Source: Chloroflexota bacterium (GTDB taxonomy: Bacteria; Chloroflexota; UBA11872; VXNJ01). Taken from it: a DNA stretch of 64,000 nt. Position numbers and translations under genes: made by a program. Where the stretch lies: NCBI GenBank assembly GCA_026707405.1, contig JAPOWW010000012.1, forward strand, positions 43,509 to 107,508, read 5' to 3'. The notes under the pieces are model-generated. The model was given only the letters and a program-made list of their open reading frames with translations, was not told the origin of the DNA and did not search any database. Below are positions 1 to 8,790 of this stretch, piece after piece; position 1 is the stretch's first letter, and each line of letters opens with the position of its first letter.

Positions 1-852
1 ATGTACGACGACCCCGTGACAATGATCAGTGAGGAATCGCTTGATGGAGTGTGCGTCTGTGGCAACACCGTCGACCATGGCGACAAGGTGGAGGCCATGG
101 CGCCTACCGGCGTACACATGTTCTTTCACAAACCTATGTGCGAGACAGTGGAGGAGTCGGACCGAATCCTCGACATCATCCGAAAGCACGGGAACAAGAC
201 CGGCGCCTGCAATCCCGCACGCTACGACGACGCAATAAGACAAGCCAAAGCGTTGATCGACTCCGGCGACCTGGGCGACGTAATGTCCGTGCGGGCGTAT
301 CTGTCCCACAACGGGACACTCAAATCGAGGGTCCCGGCCGACGTGGAAATGAGAGGGCCGGAGGTGCATCTCGGCTTCTACACCGCCGACCTGACGCAAT
401 GGTTCATGGACTGGGCCGAAGTGGAGAGCGCCTTTGCTCACTACGCCAAGCTCAACCCGTACGACGCCCAGCCCCAGGACAGCGCCAAGGGCCTGATCAA
501 GTTCAAAGACGGCCGCATCGGCTCAATGGACCTCTATTGTTCCCCTCAATGGCCCGGCCCGCTCTGGGAGATCGAGGCGATGGGCACCGCAGGCTTCGTA
601 AGAACCAGCCAGTCGACGAGTCAGGGGACGCTGTTCACTAAAGATGGAGTCCACGGCTTTCAGCACGATCACCAACATGCAAAGAGGGTCCACGTCAACG
701 AGCTCGACGCCTGGGTGACCGCCGTCAGGGACGGAGTGGACTGCGAGCTTTCGGCCGAGCTGGCCGCTCGCGGAATCGAGCTGTGCGTGGCTTGGAAACG
801 GTCCTCCGACGAGAACCGCGCGGTCAGCTTCCCGGTCGAGCGCCGTTTCTAA
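1..852 (+). CDS. Gfo/Idh/MocA-family oxidoreductase, C-terminal part (gene probably starts upstream of the window)
   Basis: ORF open from base 1 to the stop at 850-852. Translation shows the catalytic-centre and C-terminal alpha/beta pattern of the family (FFHKPMCETVEESDRILDIIRKHG, IDSGDLGDV). There is no N-terminal GxGxxG Rossmann motif, so the 5' end is missing. Confidence 0.7.
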   Translation: MYDDPVTMISEESLDGVCVCGNTVDHGDKVEAMAPTGVHMFFHKPMCETVEESDRILDIIRKHGNKTGACNPARYDDAIRQAKALIDSGDLGDVMSVRAYLSHNGTLKSRVPADVEMRGPEVHLGFYTADLTQWFMDWAEVESAFAHYAKLNPYDAQPQDSAKGLIKFKDGRIGSMDLYCSPQWPGPLWEIEAMGTAGFVRTSQSTSQGTLFTKDGVHGFQHDHQHAKRVHVNELDAWVTAVRDGVDCELSAELAARGIELCVAWKRSSDENRAVSFPVERRF

Positions 853-989
853 ACTTCAAGGCCCGGGGCTGATCCGGGCAGACGTAGCCGTCGGCAAACC
901 TCAATGGGAATGCGTCAGCACGCCGCCTGCGCTTGGCAGACTGAAGCTCTATCTCAGCCTGTTAGGACGTTCAGAATGCCGTTGACCGG

Positions 990-2162
990 CTACCCGACGA
1001 ACGTGCCCTTCAGCGATTGCCGAGGATAGAAGGTTCGCCAGGCCTCCGGACTCGTATCCAGCGCGTCGGAACCGTATTTGCGCTCATACTCTTCGAGCAG
1101 TCGCCGTTCGTAGGCGGTGGTCTCGGTCAGGGGGAACTCCACCGGCTTGCCGCCGCTGAACGCCGACTCGCGCACCCCGATGAGCATTTCCTGGTCAAGC
1201 CTGCCGCCCGCGCCTCCGTAATCCGGCGGCCGCCCCTCGGTGGAGGCCGCATGCATGGTCATATACAGGTCCGCTATCGCCACGCCGTCCGGCCCCTGCA
1301 CGCCATACTTGAAAAAGGGATTCTCCCACCGCACTTCCGGATCCACCGGTAGCCAAACCGCCACGATGATTTCGCCGTCCATCTCGGCCTCGATCGACAC
1401 CGGAGCCGGGGCCAAGTCTCCATAGAAAACGGCTTCCGTATCTACAAAGCTGCCCGCCGTGCCGATGATCTCCCAGTAGTTGCCGCGCTCGGTACGAGAC
1501 GGAAATTGGTAGACCGCCGTCGCGCCGTTGGGGAAGTCGAAGACTCCGATCTCCCAGGCATACGATGGCGAGACAGGTCTTACGTCCTCCGCCGGCTCGA
1601 AGTCCACGCGGCGCTTGAGCGACCTGGCATGACCGATCACCCGCGACGGGCCGCAGCCTATGTGGGTATGAATCGCGTTCATGCCATGGTATGAGCCTGA
1701 GCGGTAGAAAAGCTGGACGTTGATCACGTCTCCCAGCAGGCCCGCGTCGATGGCTTTCTTCTTCAGCCGCTCGTTCGGAAACCGCCACACGTTCTCCGCA
1801 AGCTGCAAAAAAACGCCTTTCCGCTCGCAGACCTCGATCATCGCGTCTGTCTGAGCGAGCGTCGGAGCGATGGGCGTCTCCACCAGCACGTGAACGCCCC
1901 GGTCCGCCGCCAGCGCCGTCATTGGAAGATGGCCGTCCGGCGGCACGATCACGTCCACGACGGCCGGCTCGACTTCGTCCAGCATCTCGTCTGGACGCTG
2001 AAAGACCCGTGCGCCGTAGGCCCGCCTGGCTCTCTCCGCCCTCTGCGGGTCCTGCTCGGCTATGCCCACCAGCTCGAACGCGTCCGTCAGCCTGACCAGC
2101 GTCTCCAGATGTTGCGTCCCTCGCAGGCCGGCTCCGATCACCGCGATCTTTACTCGCTCCAT
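990..2162 (-). CDS. Gfo/Idh/MocA-family NAD(P)-dependent oxidoreductase
   Basis: 390-aa ORF with N-terminal Rossmann motif KIAVIGAGLRG and an EKP-like motif VLVETPIA. Length is typical for the family. Confidence 0.85.
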   Translation of the reverse strand: MERVKIAVIGAGLRGTQHLETLVRLTDAFELVGIAEQDPQRAERARRAYGARVFQRPDEMLDEVEPAVVDVIVPPDGHLPMTALAADRGVHVLVETPIAPTLAQTDAMIEVCERKGVFLQLAENVWRFPNERLKKKAIDAGLLGDVINVQLFYRSGSYHGMNAIHTHIGCGPSRVIGHARSLKRRVDFEPAEDVRPVSPSYAWEIGVFDFPNGATAVYQFPSRTERGNYWEIIGTAGSFVDTEAVFYGDLAPAPVSIEAEMDGEIIVAVWLPVDPEVRWENPFFKYGVQGPDGVAIADLYMTMHAASTEGRPPDYGGAGGRLDQEMLIGVRESAFSGGKPVEFPLTETTAYERRLLEEYERKYGSDALDTSPEAWRTFYPRQSLKGTFVG

Positions 2163-2207
2163 CGCCAGGTCCTTTCCGGATTGGCCCGGTCGCCGCGCCG
2201 CCCCAGC

Positions 2208-3224
2208 CTAACCCCCATACGGCAGTCGGATCTTGGCGTTGTCCTGCGCGATCGATACCTCCGCTCCGAGGCAGGCCTCATGAGTATTGACGGCGTCCCT
2301 CAAGTCGACGTGTGAGTCCTTGCCTTCCAGGATGCACTCGATCAGGTGGTCGATCTGCCCTTGGAACGGATGGTGCGCCACGTCGGCGCTGTCCGGCTCT
2401 ATCGATGGAATAAAAGTCCAGTCGTTCTGCGCCGGTGTGAAGTGTGAGTACAAATGGCCGTTACGGAATGTCCCTTCCGAACCGAAAACCTCCACGTTGA
2501 ACACGTAAGGCATTCTCGACTCGCCTATGCAGGAGACCTTGCCGATCCGCCCGTTGGCGAACTCCACGAGCGTGGTCATGTTGGCGTTGCTGACGTTGTT
2601 CGGATTCACGTCCACGCCGAGTGCCGTTACCGACACGATGTCTGACTCCATCAGGTACCGGGACATGTCCACCGCATGGCAGCCGCCCAGCAACATGCTC
2701 GTCTGCTCCTGTTCCCACGCCCCGTCTCTGCCCCGCACCCACAGCGGATGCCAGTAGTCGGTCTGAACGTAGAAAACCTCGCCCAGCGCCCCGGCGCCTA
2801 TGAGCGTCTTAAGATTGACGATCATCTCGTTCCAATGCAGCACGAAGCTCACCACGGTCTTCACGCCCGCCTCCTGTACGGCGCGGTCCATGGCGTGCAG
2901 CTCCTCGAAGCTTGTTGCCACCGGCTTCTCGACCAGCATGTGCTTGCCGGCCTCGGCGCCGAGGATTGCCTCCCGCGAGTGATTCTCCGCAGGCGTGCAG
3001 ATCGAAAACACGTCGATTCCCGCATCAGCCAGGAACTCCTCGTAGTCGGTGTAGATCGCGCAGTCCAGCCCGAACATATCCCGCTTCGATTCCGCCGAGG
3101 CGCGCGTCCGGCTGCCGATGGCGCGGACCTCGCAGTGTGGATTCGCCAGGTAGGATCTGATGTGTTCCGTCGAGACGTTTCCCGCGCCCCAGATGGCGGC
3201 TCCCAGGGTTTCCATTGCAAACAC
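2208..3224 (-). CDS. Gfo/Idh/MocA-family NAD(P)-dependent oxidoreductase
   Basis: 338-aa ORF with AAIWGAGNVSTEH (Rossmann) and HMLVEKPVA (EKP motif). Confidence 0.85.
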   Translation of the reverse strand: MFAMETLGAAIWGAGNVSTEHIRSYLANPHCEVRAIGSRTRASAESKRDMFGLDCAIYTDYEEFLADAGIDVFSICTPAENHSREAILGAEAGKHMLVEKPVATSFEELHAMDRAVQEAGVKTVVSFVLHWNEMIVNLKTLIGAGALGEVFYVQTDYWHPLWVRGRDGAWEQEQTSMLLGGCHAVDMSRYLMESDIVSVTALGVDVNPNNVSNANMTTLVEFANGRIGKVSCIGESRMPYVFNVEVFGSEGTFRNGHLYSHFTPAQNDWTFIPSIEPDSADVAHHPFQGQIDHLIECILEGKDSHVDLRDAVNTHEACLGAEVSIAQDNAKIRLPYGG

Positions 3225-3478
3225 CTCCGTCTATCTGTTACAAAGCCCCGGCGTCCCGAATGTATCAGATCGGCGGCGCGCCTAGACTAGGTTGCGTTGC
3301 GTCATTTAGGATATTCGCCAATCGTCGCGGCTGTCGGATGATCGTATCCGGACTAGGCCGGTGTGATGCGGTAATTGCCATTGCCGCGCGGCTGGACTGC
3401 AGACAGCGGACGACAAGAAGGGGGTAGCAGGGAACAGGAAATGAGACGTTTGTTCGTCTACTTGAGACCGGCTCGAAC

Positions 3479-4705
3479 GTGGTAACCACGCAGTGGTCAG
3501 GACAAACTTACGGGTCAGGTAAGCCCGAGTTCGTCGGCTCAAGCCGCGCCGCTTGGTTTGCCCTCTTCATTTCCCTCGCCTACCTACTGCCGGCGTTCTT
3601 CCTCTTCCTGTGGTTCGTCTTTGTCGACCAAAAGGTGGGGATCGGCCCGGTAGCAGCCGTGACCGAGATTCCGGTGCTAAAGGGCATGCCGACCCTGGCC
3701 CTGATCGGCATTATCGGCTCAGGGGTGCTCTTCCTGATTCGGCCCTATGAGCAGTTCCTTAAGCTGCTGCCGTCCACGATGAGAGAAGATCTCGAGATGC
3801 GCGCGCCGATCCGAAGACGCCAGCGCCAGTCGCTCTATTGGGGCTATTCCTTTGCCTTGCCCTGGATCATCGGGTTCCTGCTGCTGACGTTGTACCCGAT
3901 GGTCTTCTCGCTCATCATCGCGTTCTTCAAGTGGGACATCGTGCGCGATCCGCAGTTCGTCGGATTCGACAACTTCACCAAGCTCTTCTTCCGCGACAAG
4001 CTCTACGACGTAACCATCAAGAACGACTTTTTCTACGCGTTCACGCAGGTGCCGGCCTACTTGGTCGTATCGCTCGGCGTCGCGCTGCTGATGAATCAGG
4101 CGGTGCGCGGCATCCGGTTGTACCGGACGCTCTACTACCTGCCCGCGGTGCTGGCGGGACCCGCGATCCTGCTTCTGTACATTTACATTTTCGACCCGAG
4201 CCTCGGCGTCGTGAATCAGATTCTGAGAGGGTGGTTCGGGATGAGCAATCCGCCGCTCTGGTTCCAGCATGAGATATGGTCGAAGCCTACCTTCATTTTG
4301 ACCTCGCTCTTCTACGCGGGCACCAGCATGGTGATCTACCTGGCCGGTCTCCAAGGGGTCCCCCAACACCTCTATGAAGCCGCCGAGGTCGACGGAGCCA
4401 ACCGCTGGTTCAAGTTCTGGAACGTCACGCTCCCGATGATTACTCCTACCATCTTCTTCAACCTGGTGCTCGGCTTCATCAACGCGTTTCAGATTTTCGA
4501 GGGGATTTACGTCATCACCCAGGGAGGGCCGCTCAACTCCACGTACTTCTATGCATATCTGATCTACGAGACGGCGTTCCAGCACCTGAAGATGGGGTAC
4601 GCCTCGGCTATGGCCTGGGTCCTCTTCGTGATCATCATGTTCCTGACTATGGTCCAGTTCAAGCTGGCCACTAAATGGGTCTACTACGAGGCGGAGCAGA
4701 GGTAG
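3479..4705 (+). CDS. Carbohydrate (CUT1-type) ABC transporter permease, MalF-like, with extended N-terminus
   Basis: Multi-TM ORF with EAA-loop motif YEAAEVDGANRWFKFWNVTLPMITP. GTG start at 3479 gives about 100 extra hydrophobic N-terminal residues. An internal ATG (MREDLEMRAP...) would give a standard-length protein. Confidence 0.8.
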   Translation: MVTTQWSGQTYGSGKPEFVGSSRAAWFALFISLAYLLPAFFLFLWFVFVDQKVGIGPVAAVTEIPVLKGMPTLALIGIIGSGVLFLIRPYEQFLKLLPSTMREDLEMRAPIRRRQRQSLYWGYSFALPWIIGFLLLTLYPMVFSLIIAFFKWDIVRDPQFVGFDNFTKLFFRDKLYDVTIKNDFFYAFTQVPAYLVVSLGVALLMNQAVRGIRLYRTLYYLPAVLAGPAILLLYIYIFDPSLGVVNQILRGWFGMSNPPLWFQHEIWSKPTFILTSLFYAGTSMVIYLAGLQGVPQHLYEAAEVDGANRWFKFWNVTLPMITPTIFFNLVLGFINAFQIFEGIYVITQGGPLNSTYFYAYLIYETAFQHLKMGYASAMAWVLFVIIMFLTMVQFKLATKWVYYEAEQR

Positions 4706-4711
4706 CGTCGC

Positions 4712-5644
4712 GTGGAGAACGTGGGAGTCGAACAAGTCCAGGTAGCCGCGGTCGAAGCCGCCAGGTCACGGCGGCGGCGGAACGTACTGCACTACATAGA
4801 GCGCGCCATAATCTACTTCCTGCTCTCATCCGGGGCGTTGATCTTCCTGTTCCCTCTTTGGTGGATGCTCTCAACCTCCCTAAAGAACCTCGAGCAGACG
4901 TTCCCTGACGTCGGAACGCCTGTCGCCGAGCAGATCGTTCCCAACCCCATCGTCCTCCAAAACTACCTTGACGTACTCACAAGCACGGCCTGGCACAACT
5001 ACTTCCTCAACAGCACCGTCATGACGCTTGGCAGCGTCATCGGGCAGGTGCTCACGGCATCGCTTGCGGCATTCGCATTCGCACGCCTGCGCTGGCCGGG
5101 CCGCGATGGCATGTTCATTCTGGTTCTGGCAACGATGATGCTGCCCTACCAGGTCACTCTAATACCGCAGTTCCTCATCTTTTCGGGCAAGGCCCCGCTG
5201 CCATTCCCCGTCGTCACCAACACCTTCTGGCCGTTCTGGTTCCCGTCGTTCCTGGGTGGAGGTGCCTTCTCGATATTCCTACTCAGGCAGTTCATGCTCA
5301 GCCTGCCGATCGAGCTTGATGAGGCGGCGACCATCGACGGCGCGGGTCCCGGCACAATCTATGCACGGCTCATAGTTCCGCAAATGTACCCAGCGCTGGC
5401 CACGGTCGCCATCTTTTCTATGCAGGCACACTGGAACGCGCTTTTGCAGCCGGTCGTATACCTGAGCAAGACGGCCAACTTCACGGTTGTGCAGGGACTC
5501 TTGCAGTACCAGACCCAGACCGAGGTCGAATGGAACCAGTTGATGGCGGCCTCGGTGTTGGTTATGTTGCCTCCTCTGCTGCTCTTCTTCTTCGCCCAGC
5601 GATACTTCATCGAAGGCATTTCGCTTACAGGCATCAAGGGCTAG
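4712..5644 (+). CDS. Carbohydrate ABC transporter permease, MalG-like
   Basis: 310-aa multi-TM ORF with EAA loop LDEAATIDGAGPGTIYARLIVPQMYPAL. Starts 7 nt after the preceding permease gene. Confidence 0.9.
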   Translation: MENVGVEQVQVAAVEAARSRRRRNVLHYIERAIIYFLLSSGALIFLFPLWWMLSTSLKNLEQTFPDVGTPVAEQIVPNPIVLQNYLDVLTSTAWHNYFLNSTVMTLGSVIGQVLTASLAAFAFARLRWPGRDGMFILVLATMMLPYQVTLIPQFLIFSGKAPLPFPVVTNTFWPFWFPSFLGGGAFSIFLLRQFMLSLPIELDEAATIDGAGPGTIYARLIVPQMYPALATVAIFSMQAHWNALLQPVVYLSKTANFTVVQGLLQYQTQTEVEWNQLMAASVLVMLPPLLLFFFAQRYFIEGISLTGIKG

Positions 5645-5961
5645 TTATCTGGCGAACCATCGACCTCCGCCCAATCGGTGCGATTGCGTATCATTTGATT
5701 GGCATTCACCGTAAGCGCTCGGTGTTTCACAGGTTCAACCGCGATGAAATCTGCTACCATGAGTGCATCAACGGGTACTGTGGCTGCGATGAAAATCGAT
5801 AGTTCAGCCTAGTTGCAAAAAGGGGGGATATACCGGATTCTTTGTAGTTGCCAACGCTCGGCCGCTCAATCAATTGCGGTCGGCAGGCGTCCGTTACTGT
5901 AGATACCGCCCCGCCACCATTCGAAGTCGGGCGGTAAGAGTGAGGAGGAACATTTAGGTTC

Positions 5962-7446
5962 ATGAGTGAAACAGACACTGAGTTTGGACGGACTGGTCCG
6001 AGAAAGCTGAGCCGGCGCGGTCTGCTGCGCGCCGGATTGGTCGGAACGATCGCCCTCGCCGGGACCGCGGCCCTCGCCGGATGCGGCGAGGAAGAAGAGG
6101 AAGCGATGGCCCCGGCCGCCACCCAGGCTGCGACGGAAGCACCGGTAGCGACAGCCGCTCCGGAGGCGCCCGCGCAGGAGGAGGCGGTGACGATCTCGGT
6201 CTGGATCGTTAACCAGAACGACGACACCAAGAAGGTGCACGAAGAGAAGATCTACCCCGACTTCGAAGCGGCGAACCCCTCGATCAAGATCGAGCACCGC
6301 TGGCTGACTTGGGCCAAGAACATCGAGACGATCCTTACGGCCTTCGCCGGTGACGCTCCGCCCGACATCTTCGAGCTGGGCGCGTCACACTCCGTCACGT
6401 TCTCCGACCGGGGACAGCTCTTCAACATCGATCCGTGGCTGGCCGCGTGGGAAGGCACTCCCGACTTTTTCCCGCAGGGCCTTCAGACGCCGTTCTGGAA
6501 CGGTCACATGTGGGGACTCCCGCACCTGATCGCGCCGCGTACCGTCTTCTGGCGGCAGGACATCTTCGACGAGGTCGGCATCACCAGCGTGCCCGAAACG
6601 TGGGAAGACGTCGTCGAGGCCACCGGCAAGATGACCACGGTCGAAGACGGGCAGCTGATCCGCGAAGGTATGAACTGGGTTGGCATCCAGGAGTACCACG
6701 CGATGTACTTCGCGATCTCTTCCACCCCTGTGATCGTCGATGGCAAGTCGACGCTCAACAGTGACGACGGGATAACGACCCTTCAGTACTTGGTCGACCG
6801 TTGGGACGCCACTGGCGGCCAGGCCGGCGGAGTCGAGTTGCCCGAGTCGCCGATTCCATACTTCGTCACCGGTCAGCAGGCGACCGTCTATACCAACATG
6901 GGTGGCTCCGTGCGGCAGGTGAAGCGCCACAAGCCTGAGTTGCTGGACTCGATCATTGTCGAGAAACCTCCGGTCCCGGGCGGCGACGTGTATAAGGCCT
7001 CCGACCCCGGCAGAGTGGCTCCGGTAGTCCAGTCCTTCAACGACTGGATGGCTGTGTCAGCGTTCATCAAGCACGAGGATCAGACTTGGGAAGTCATGAA
7101 GCATCTGATGACTCCCGAGAACCTGCTTCTCTACAACGAGACCTTGTTCTTCATTCCGCCGAGAAAGTCGGCGGCGGACCAGGGCTTCGTGCTCGAAGAC
7201 CACAACCCGTCGATGGTTAACCTGCTGAACAACTACGGAGTGACGGCGCCCAAGATGCCGTCGCAGCGTGAGTTCTACAAGGCGGGGCAGGACCAGTTCC
7301 AGGAAGCTCGGTTCCACAAGGTCGGCGTCGAAGAGGCTATGGCGCTCGTGGAAGAGGGGCAGAACCAGGTTCTCGCGGAGGCCAACTTCACGGGTGGTAT
7401 CTACCCGAACGACGACATCCGCGAGGTGCCCGTCAACTTCGGTTAG
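5962..7446 (+). CDS. ABC transporter extracellular solute-binding lipoprotein (sugar-binding family 1 type)
   Basis: Twin-arginine plus lipobox signal LSRRGLLRAGLVGTIALAGTAALAGCG, followed by an acidic linker. Length of 494 aa and W/F-rich pattern are typical of CUT1 binding proteins. SD GAGGAGGA lies upstream of ATG 5962. Confidence 0.85.
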   Translation: MSETDTEFGRTGPRKLSRRGLLRAGLVGTIALAGTAALAGCGEEEEEAMAPAATQAATEAPVATAAPEAPAQEEAVTISVWIVNQNDDTKKVHEEKIYPDFEAANPSIKIEHRWLTWAKNIETILTAFAGDAPPDIFELGASHSVTFSDRGQLFNIDPWLAAWEGTPDFFPQGLQTPFWNGHMWGLPHLIAPRTVFWRQDIFDEVGITSVPETWEDVVEATGKMTTVEDGQLIREGMNWVGIQEYHAMYFAISSTPVIVDGKSTLNSDDGITTLQYLVDRWDATGGQAGGVELPESPIPYFVTGQQATVYTNMGGSVRQVKRHKPELLDSIIVEKPPVPGGDVYKASDPGRVAPVVQSFNDWMAVSAFIKHEDQTWEVMKHLMTPENLLLYNETLFFIPPRKSAADQGFVLEDHNPSMVNLLNNYGVTAPKMPSQREFYKAGQDQFQEARFHKVGVEEAMALVEEGQNQVLAEANFTGGIYPNDDIREVPVNFG

Positions 7447-7490
7447 TTAGTAGCCGAAACCGGCGCGAGCCGACCGCTCGCCCGGAAAGC

Positions 7491-7521
7491 GCCCCGGCGC
7501 GCCAACATGGCGCGCCGGGGC
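7491..7521 (+). terminator. Strong GC hairpin downstream of the binding-protein gene (candidate intrinsic terminator)
   Basis: Perfect 13-bp stem GCCCCGGCGCGCC / GGCGCGCCGGGGC with loop AACAT, 45 nt after the stop codon. It is followed by GCAATGCTTGTT, which is only a weak T tract. Confidence 0.5.
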
Positions 7522-7539
7522 GCAATGCTTGTTAACACC

Positions 7540-7576
7540 CCCTCTCCCTCGATGGGAGAGGGTTGGGGTGAGGGTG
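7540..7576. repeat. GC-rich hairpin motif CCCTCTCCC-N5-GGGAGAGGG followed by GGGGTGAGGGTG
   Basis: Perfect 9-bp inverted repeat read directly at 7540-7548 and 7554-7562. A related CCCCTCCCCCCTCACC tract lies at 17347-17362 in opposite orientation. Confidence 0.5.
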
Positions 7577-7603
7577 TTCCCTAGCTCCTCTACACGTCGT
7601 TCC

Positions 7604-7656
7604 AGCGAAAAGCCTGCCCCTGCCTGCCCCGTACTCGATACGGGGCCGGAATCCGG
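7604..7656. repeat. Dispersed intergenic repeat, copy A (GCGAAAAGCCTGCCC ... TGCCCCGTAC-N-GATACGGG-N-GGAATCC)
   Basis: Shares two blocks with 17393-17456: 15/15 GCGAAAAGCCTGCCC, 10/10 TGCCCCGTAC, then GATACGGG and GGAATCC. Contains the hairpin CCCCGTA/TACGGGG. Confidence 0.6.
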
Positions 7657-7800
7657 AAAAGGCACGCACCCCAGACCGCCGTCGGATCTCCCGCAAATCA
7701 TCCATGAACCCGACTGCAAACCTTCCCCCAACGCCTGAATTCGGGATCGAGTCTGGAATGACAATCGAGACTGGCGCCCCTCCGTTGATATGCCAGGGTC

Positions 7801-7836
7801 GGGGCGAGGGGCTTAGCCCGCGGGGCCCGCCCCTAC
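7801..7836. repeat. GTAGGGGCGG...-type GC hairpin element (variant), abutting the stop of the RDD gene
   Basis: The minus strand reads GTAGGGGCGGGCCCCGCGGGCTAAGCCCCTCGCCCC. It has the same GTAGGGGCGG head as the element at 53781-53803. Confidence 0.4.
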
Positions 7837-8684
7837 TGCTTAGTGACTATCGTGGCGGTCAGCGAGTCGTGCAGGCCCTGGCAACGGTCGCTGGCGGGCG
7901 ACAGGCTCGCAACGATAGGCGAGAGAACCGGAAGCACCACAAGCAGGATAGGCAAGACCTGCTCGTCTAGGAAGAATGAATCTCTATCGAACCCTCGCAC
8001 GAAGAGCGTAACGAAAAACGGCACGTACGAAACCGCCAGCAGTACAAGCATGTGCCAGACATGCCGCCGGTCGCCCGCCGTAACCGAGTAGATATTCCCT
8101 AGCAAAAACGCCTGCATGATGATCACGAATGGCAAGTACTGGACCATCTGCATCCACTTGTCTCCCCGAGTTACGCGTGACAGGAGCTCGAGCTCGCCAA
8201 GTAACAGCGGCATTAACGCGAACGTGACGAAGAAGAGGGTCCTCCAGGCAGCGTCGCCTGTAGTCGAGTTCGAACCGGTGTTCAGGTCTACGATCTTCAG
8301 ACCGAAGATCAACTTCCCTGGAGTTGCCCCCATCCGCACTTGAAAGGGAACGTAATAGGCCATCGCCACAATCATGAACACGCCGCCGAAGATCGTGCCG
8401 AGGCCGACCCCGGTCAGGATGTAGTCGGTGTCTCCATTCAGCAGCCTTATCAGCCCGTCTAGCAGCAGGGAAAGAACGAAGCTCACGCCCAGCACGACGG
8501 CTGCGTCGATGGCGGCGGCCATAAGCCGTGGGCCCGCCGGGGCGGCCTCCAGACGTTTGGCGGCCTCCGAGCGCAACGGATATCGGCACGACGAGCAGTT
8601 CCGATCGTTGAGTAGGTTTTCCTCCCCGCATCTCGGGCATCTGATGCGATCGGTGTCCAGGACCTGCCTCTGATCGATAGCCAC
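7833..8684 (-). CDS. RDD-family integral membrane protein with N-terminal zinc-ribbon
   Basis: N-terminal CxxC...CxxC (RCPRCGEENLLNDRNCSSCRYPL). This is followed by the RDD-like opening PRLMAAAIDAAVVLGV and several hydrophobic helices. Confidence 0.65.
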   Translation of the reverse strand: MAIDQRQVLDTDRIRCPRCGEENLLNDRNCSSCRYPLRSEAAKRLEAAPAGPRLMAAAIDAAVVLGVSFVLSLLLDGLIRLLNGDTDYILTGVGLGTIFGGVFMIVAMAYYVPFQVRMGATPGKLIFGLKIVDLNTGSNSTTGDAAWRTLFFVTFALMPLLLGELELLSRVTRGDKWMQMVQYLPFVIIMQAFLLGNIYSVTAGDRRHVWHMLVLLAVSYVPFFVTLFVRGFDRDSFFLDEQVLPILLVVLPVLSPIVASLSPASDRCQGLHDSLTATIVTKQ

Positions 8685-8790
8685 TTAGCTCCTCCGCCTT
8701 TGCGAGGCGCTGCGAATTCCTAGCGCCTCTGTGCGCTGCCGTATATTAGCGAATTTTCGAACCAAACGATCGTGAACTTCGTGACCGTTG

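Noticed and set aside
3719-4735. 338-aa minus-strand ORF opposite the MalF-like permease (similar cases at 16373-17224, 57971-58768 and 52731-53633)
   Set aside because: The same reasoning applies. These are long open antisense frames expected in GC-rich DNA, each opposite a gene with clear family motifs.
7447-7764. 105-aa ORF in the spacer after the binding-protein gene (also 17285-17533 and 58847-59137)
   Set aside because: All three are translations of the dispersed GC-rich repeat elements (…LSHRGRGG…, …SSGQAFRG…, …PSTGSGRTEG…). They are not genuine genes.
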